Origin: Mytilus californianus
Lineage: Eukaryota
Direction of reading: 5' to 3'
Assembly: GCF_021869535.1 (NCBI RefSeq)
Contig: NW_026262734.1
Location: forward strand, 23,870,001-23,934,000
Length of the DNA: 64,000 bases
Below are positions 60,060-64,000 of the stretch, one piece after another. Below the pieces are notes generated by a model. The model searched no databases. It saw only the letters and a list, made by a program, of their open reading frames with translations, and was not told the origin of the DNA. Numbering within the stretch: position 1 is the stretch's first letter; the number at the start of each line of letters is the position of its first letter. A program made the position numbers and the translations under genes.

Positions 60060-60775
60060 TTGCAAGTTCGAGGTACGATGTTTAATTATTACATCGCCCG
60101 AAGCATCATACAATTCTCTTTGAAGTCGGCCGCGTTTCCATTCCCTTTAAATATGCAATTCCTTGGTTATATGTGTGGAACTCTGAACCGCGACGATCAA
60201 GCTGAAGTGCGATGGTGGCATTGTGACGATATTCTGTTGATAGCTACGCCGAAGTGCGATGGTGGTAACGCTGAAGTGCGATGCACTGCATAAAATATAT
60301 TTTTAATGTTTGTCATTGTCATGTCGATGTAGAAGTCAATGTGTATGTTGAAAGCAGTTTTTCTTGTTTTTAAGTTGATAAGGGGCAGCGGATTTTTTTT
60401 TTCGAAATCTGCAAAAGGTTCTTTTTACGTACGATGGAGCTTGGCATTCTCTAAATACATACGGGTCTGCAGACAGCATCGAACTCTCCGTATCATAATA
60501 TCGTAAATGAGGAACTCATGAGGAACCAAGTAAAGATAAAATGTTAACGCAGAATTATGTACACAAGCAGAAAAACAAAGAGGACGATCTTTCATTTAGT
60601 ATGCAAATTTATTTACCAACTATTGAAAATATCTACTTCTCATAATAATTGCACATCTGCAGATTTTAACTAGCCTTCACGCGTCATATAGACCATCGCA
60701 CATCAGCGAACGAACTTTCGCACTTCGGTGGAGACCATCGCACTTCAGCGTAGCTATCGCACCTCCCGAGTACTA
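60060..60775. mobile_element. Putative non-autonomous DNA transposon with inward-facing subterminal repeats
   Basis: gaagtgcgatg x3 at ~60200-60285 versus catcgcac(a/t)tc and atcgcacc repeats at ~60690-60765. Confidence 0.45.
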
Positions 60776-62820
60776 CATATGTATACCCGACATTAAATAA
60801 ATCTTAAATTATTTATTATTAATTATTTTTGGCAGGTATATGAGTAATGTGGCGGGGTTAAACAAGTTTTGTATACGTTTATTAGACTACACGCATGCAC
60901 ACAAGCTTGTCTGTTGGACAGTTGAAATGGTCACATATATATAACAACAGTGGACAAATGCTTGAAGACGTAAAAGGCCCTAGACATTCTTCAAATTAAT
61001 TTTATTTTGTTATCATGATAATGGTTGTTTAAGAAAGATGTGAAACTAAATGGATTTCTAAAGTAAATAACAAGCAGAGTTTAACAACACATTAATTGAG
61101 ACAGAAAAAAATAATTTTAATCGACGTAATTCATGTTGTATTATATTGTTATAATGTGTTAAAACCTCTGATAATTTATTGACCAAATTAATAAAATATA
61201 TGACTAATACTAACATTGTTTACAAAAAAGTGCCCATCATATTGACAAATTATGGTCTGTCTTCTGTGAAGAATGTTAGAGTGTTAGATCGGGAACCCCT
61301 AATTGGCAAATTTATGTATAGGCACGTGCCTAGTCGAGCTTTAGGTAGCTACGCCACTGTCTGTCATGCTATATTACGTGTTCATCATTTTTGCTGGTAA
61401 CTGTTTCTCTCTATCTTTAATATATCTCAAGAGAATTGCCTATAACGTTAAAAAACAATCAAGGAGTCCCCTTAATGATTTTAGTCATGTTTTTGAGATG
61501 CAATCAACAAGAAGATATGTCCATGGGACACCATGCACTGTTCACACTACCATATGTCAATGTTCAGTTAACCATGTAATAGGGGTCAAAATTGTAATCT
61601 ATCATATAATTTCAAATGGTCATCCTTGGACATCTCCTGTACCGGCAGTTAAACACTTAAAGTGGGTTGTACATTTGGCTGTGCGGAATAATAAATACGC
61701 AGCCACGGTCGGAACGATACTTTAAATGGGAGAGTGCCATGCTCTCTACATTTTCAAGAACTCTGAGGGATCCATAAATGGTTTATTGCAAGGCAAAATT
61801 TCTGCCGCTATTAAACATTCCATCATTTTCACAGGTGCTTAATCAGGATTTAGAAAGGGTGCCATTGGCAAGACAACATAAAGACTGAGTGGGACATAAA
61901 AAGTACATGCATTAACCATATATGTAGCTCCATAAGTGGCCCCAAACCCCCGGTCCGCCCCTTATATAACCGCCTCTTGGTCATCGCTATATTTTCCACT
62001 GGACGTTAAGTAACCTGGCACCACTTACTCAATTACTAGTACTACAAAAAACGCAAAAATGGTAAAATTAGACTTGACGATTTTGAATCAATAAAATGAA
62101 AGATAGATCATGACGTGCTGGTCCTTTTGAAGTTCCTTTATTTTGACTTATTTCAAGGATTTGTATACAAATCCTTGCTTATTTCAAATTAAAACAGGAT
62201 TTGGCTTGTGGGCTGTTACGACGGTATTCCGACCAGCCCAGTAGTCAGTACTTCGGTACTGGCATGAAAATACGGACCTTGTGTTATTAGAATTTGCTGT
62301 TACGATTTTTTTTTAAATATATATCTCCCACATATAAAGATCTGATTCCTTGTCCGGCTTCGGCTATACATTTTGTTTGGTCTTATCAGCTCTTCAATAT
62401 TTTTTTATTAAGTTTTGGTTTTGAAATATTTTGGTCTCGGTGCATCACTGAAGAGACTCTATCAAGGAAATTGTGATAGGAAAAGCAAGCCTATGAATAC
62501 TGTATCAACCGAAAGGTTTATACTCCATATCCATGTGCTGCTGAACTCTTTCTGCAAAAAAATGGAAAGTTTAAAAAAAAAAGAAACGAAATATCTTATA
62601 GGTAAACTCTTTTTTAAACTTGATGCAACGAGTGTTTATGGTTGAATAAACTATGAAAACAAGCGTCAATGGGTCATTTGTTCGGAGACATTTCTGCACC
62701 AAATGGACAATACTTAATCAGAAACTAGGGATGAACATATATGTATGCTCTTTATGCCTCTTGTGGGTCTTAAATAAGTTACTATTTTAAGGTAAAATCA
62801 TATCAGGAGCAATCCTTGAT

Positions 62821-63018
62821 CAGGGGCGGGTCCAGGTGAGGGCGTAATGGGCGTACGCCCCCCCCCCCCCCCCCTTTAAAAAAAACAACTATCGTAATCT
62901 GCTTATATTGTATTGAATAGTGCATTTCACAATTATTTTATGTTTTTTAGCAAAAAAAAGGTCAAACAAATTTTTGATTGTACCCTCTTTCAAATATCCT
63001 AGAAACGCCCCTGTAATG
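62821..63018. mobile_element. MITE with CAGGGGCG termini; a related left end starts at ~63191
   Basis: caggggcgggtccagg at the left and cctagaaacgcccctg at the right; ccaggggcggatccagg at ~63190. No clear TSD. Confidence 0.55.
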
Positions 63019-64000
63019 ACTGAGAATACGCCCATACGATATGAACATGAAACATCCAAAGAGAAAGAAAGGAAGCTAGCCTACAATTTTTATCATTGTA
63101 TGGTTTAGCAGTTTATATGCAGGCGGAAACCCAGTTGAAATAGAACAAAAGAATCGAAGCTCTTTGTTAGAGAAGGCGATAAATGCTTACCAGGGGCGGA
63201 TCCAGGATTTTGGAAAGGGGGGGCGTAGTATTAAAAATTTTTGGACCTTTTTTTGGCTAAAAAACATAAAATAAGTGGAAAATGCATTTTATAGTTAAGT
63301 GTAGGGGTTGGACATTTTTGGTGCCGTATTCTCTCCATTAATTGTCTATTATAAAATGATTGGATGGATCCAAAGCTATGTACTAATTAATCATATATTT
63401 GATGTGGGATTTGTCAGTAAAAAATGGACTTGGAAAATTCTCGTTTGTTGTATGGTTAGTTAGCATAACCTCACAGATTTCTTGTTGTAAACAAGATATA
63501 CGGCTATTCAATGAAATTTGGTTGAAATGTTTCAACCAACAAGGGAAGTGAGGGGTTCCAAATCAACCAAAGGCTACGAATGAGTCGGAAATGACAATGA
63601 AGTTGTGAATGACGGTCGACACATGGAGACATATAGGCCACACCCAGTAGGCAGGTTGCAGTCGGGCCTTGAAAAAAGTATTCAGTATATCAGTTCGGCG
63701 AAACAGACATTCCGGTCAGATATGGGATTCACATGCAACCCCCTCCAAAAAAAAATTACGCCCGTTTTTTATTCATCATGTTCATTTAATGCTAAATAAT
63801 TTTGTTGAAAATATTTTTTTCTAATAGCAAAAAAGTGGATAAGATTATTGTTTTCAATCCAGATACGGCCAGAATTTTTGTTTAAGGCAAAAATCAGGGT
63901 CAGAATTTAAAATATCTCAGACTGCCCCCTCAAATCAAATGGTCCGTACCTTAGACTTTAAATCTATATCTAGAGCTTACTGACTGGGGATCACTATTCA

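Noticed and set aside
61179-63799. Several 60-120 aa ORFs at the right end
   Set aside because: They show no motifs or splice-consistent chain, and their length is expected by chance in AT-rich DNA with repeat fragments.

Overview
AT-rich, intron-rich animal genomic DNA. The repeat families point to a bivalve, most likely a Mytilus mussel (inference). There is a 278-N assembly gap at 15147-15424. I reconstructed six spliced genes by hand from splice sites and reading frames: C11orf54/DUF1907 homologue (+), selenoprotein H (-, in-frame UGA plus SECIS), two divergently transcribed two-domain Kazal proteins, a fatty-acid-binding protein (-) and SLX1 (+). The rest is CR1 and L1/Tx1 LINE relics, Helentron-type non-autonomous elements carrying satellites, tRNA-SINEs, MITEs and Penelope-like (PLE) relics. 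Two signals stand out. (1) The 3' end of a Naiad-type PLE has a SECIS followed by a covarying type-P5 twister-ribozyme fold in which P1 is replaced by palindromes; the same fold heads a ~340-bp non-autonomous family in the window. (2) In three of the six genes, tandem arrays are built from the gene's own exon/intron boundary, giving runs of decoy splice sites. All structures were folded and aligned by eye, literature is recalled from memory, and novelty could not be checked.
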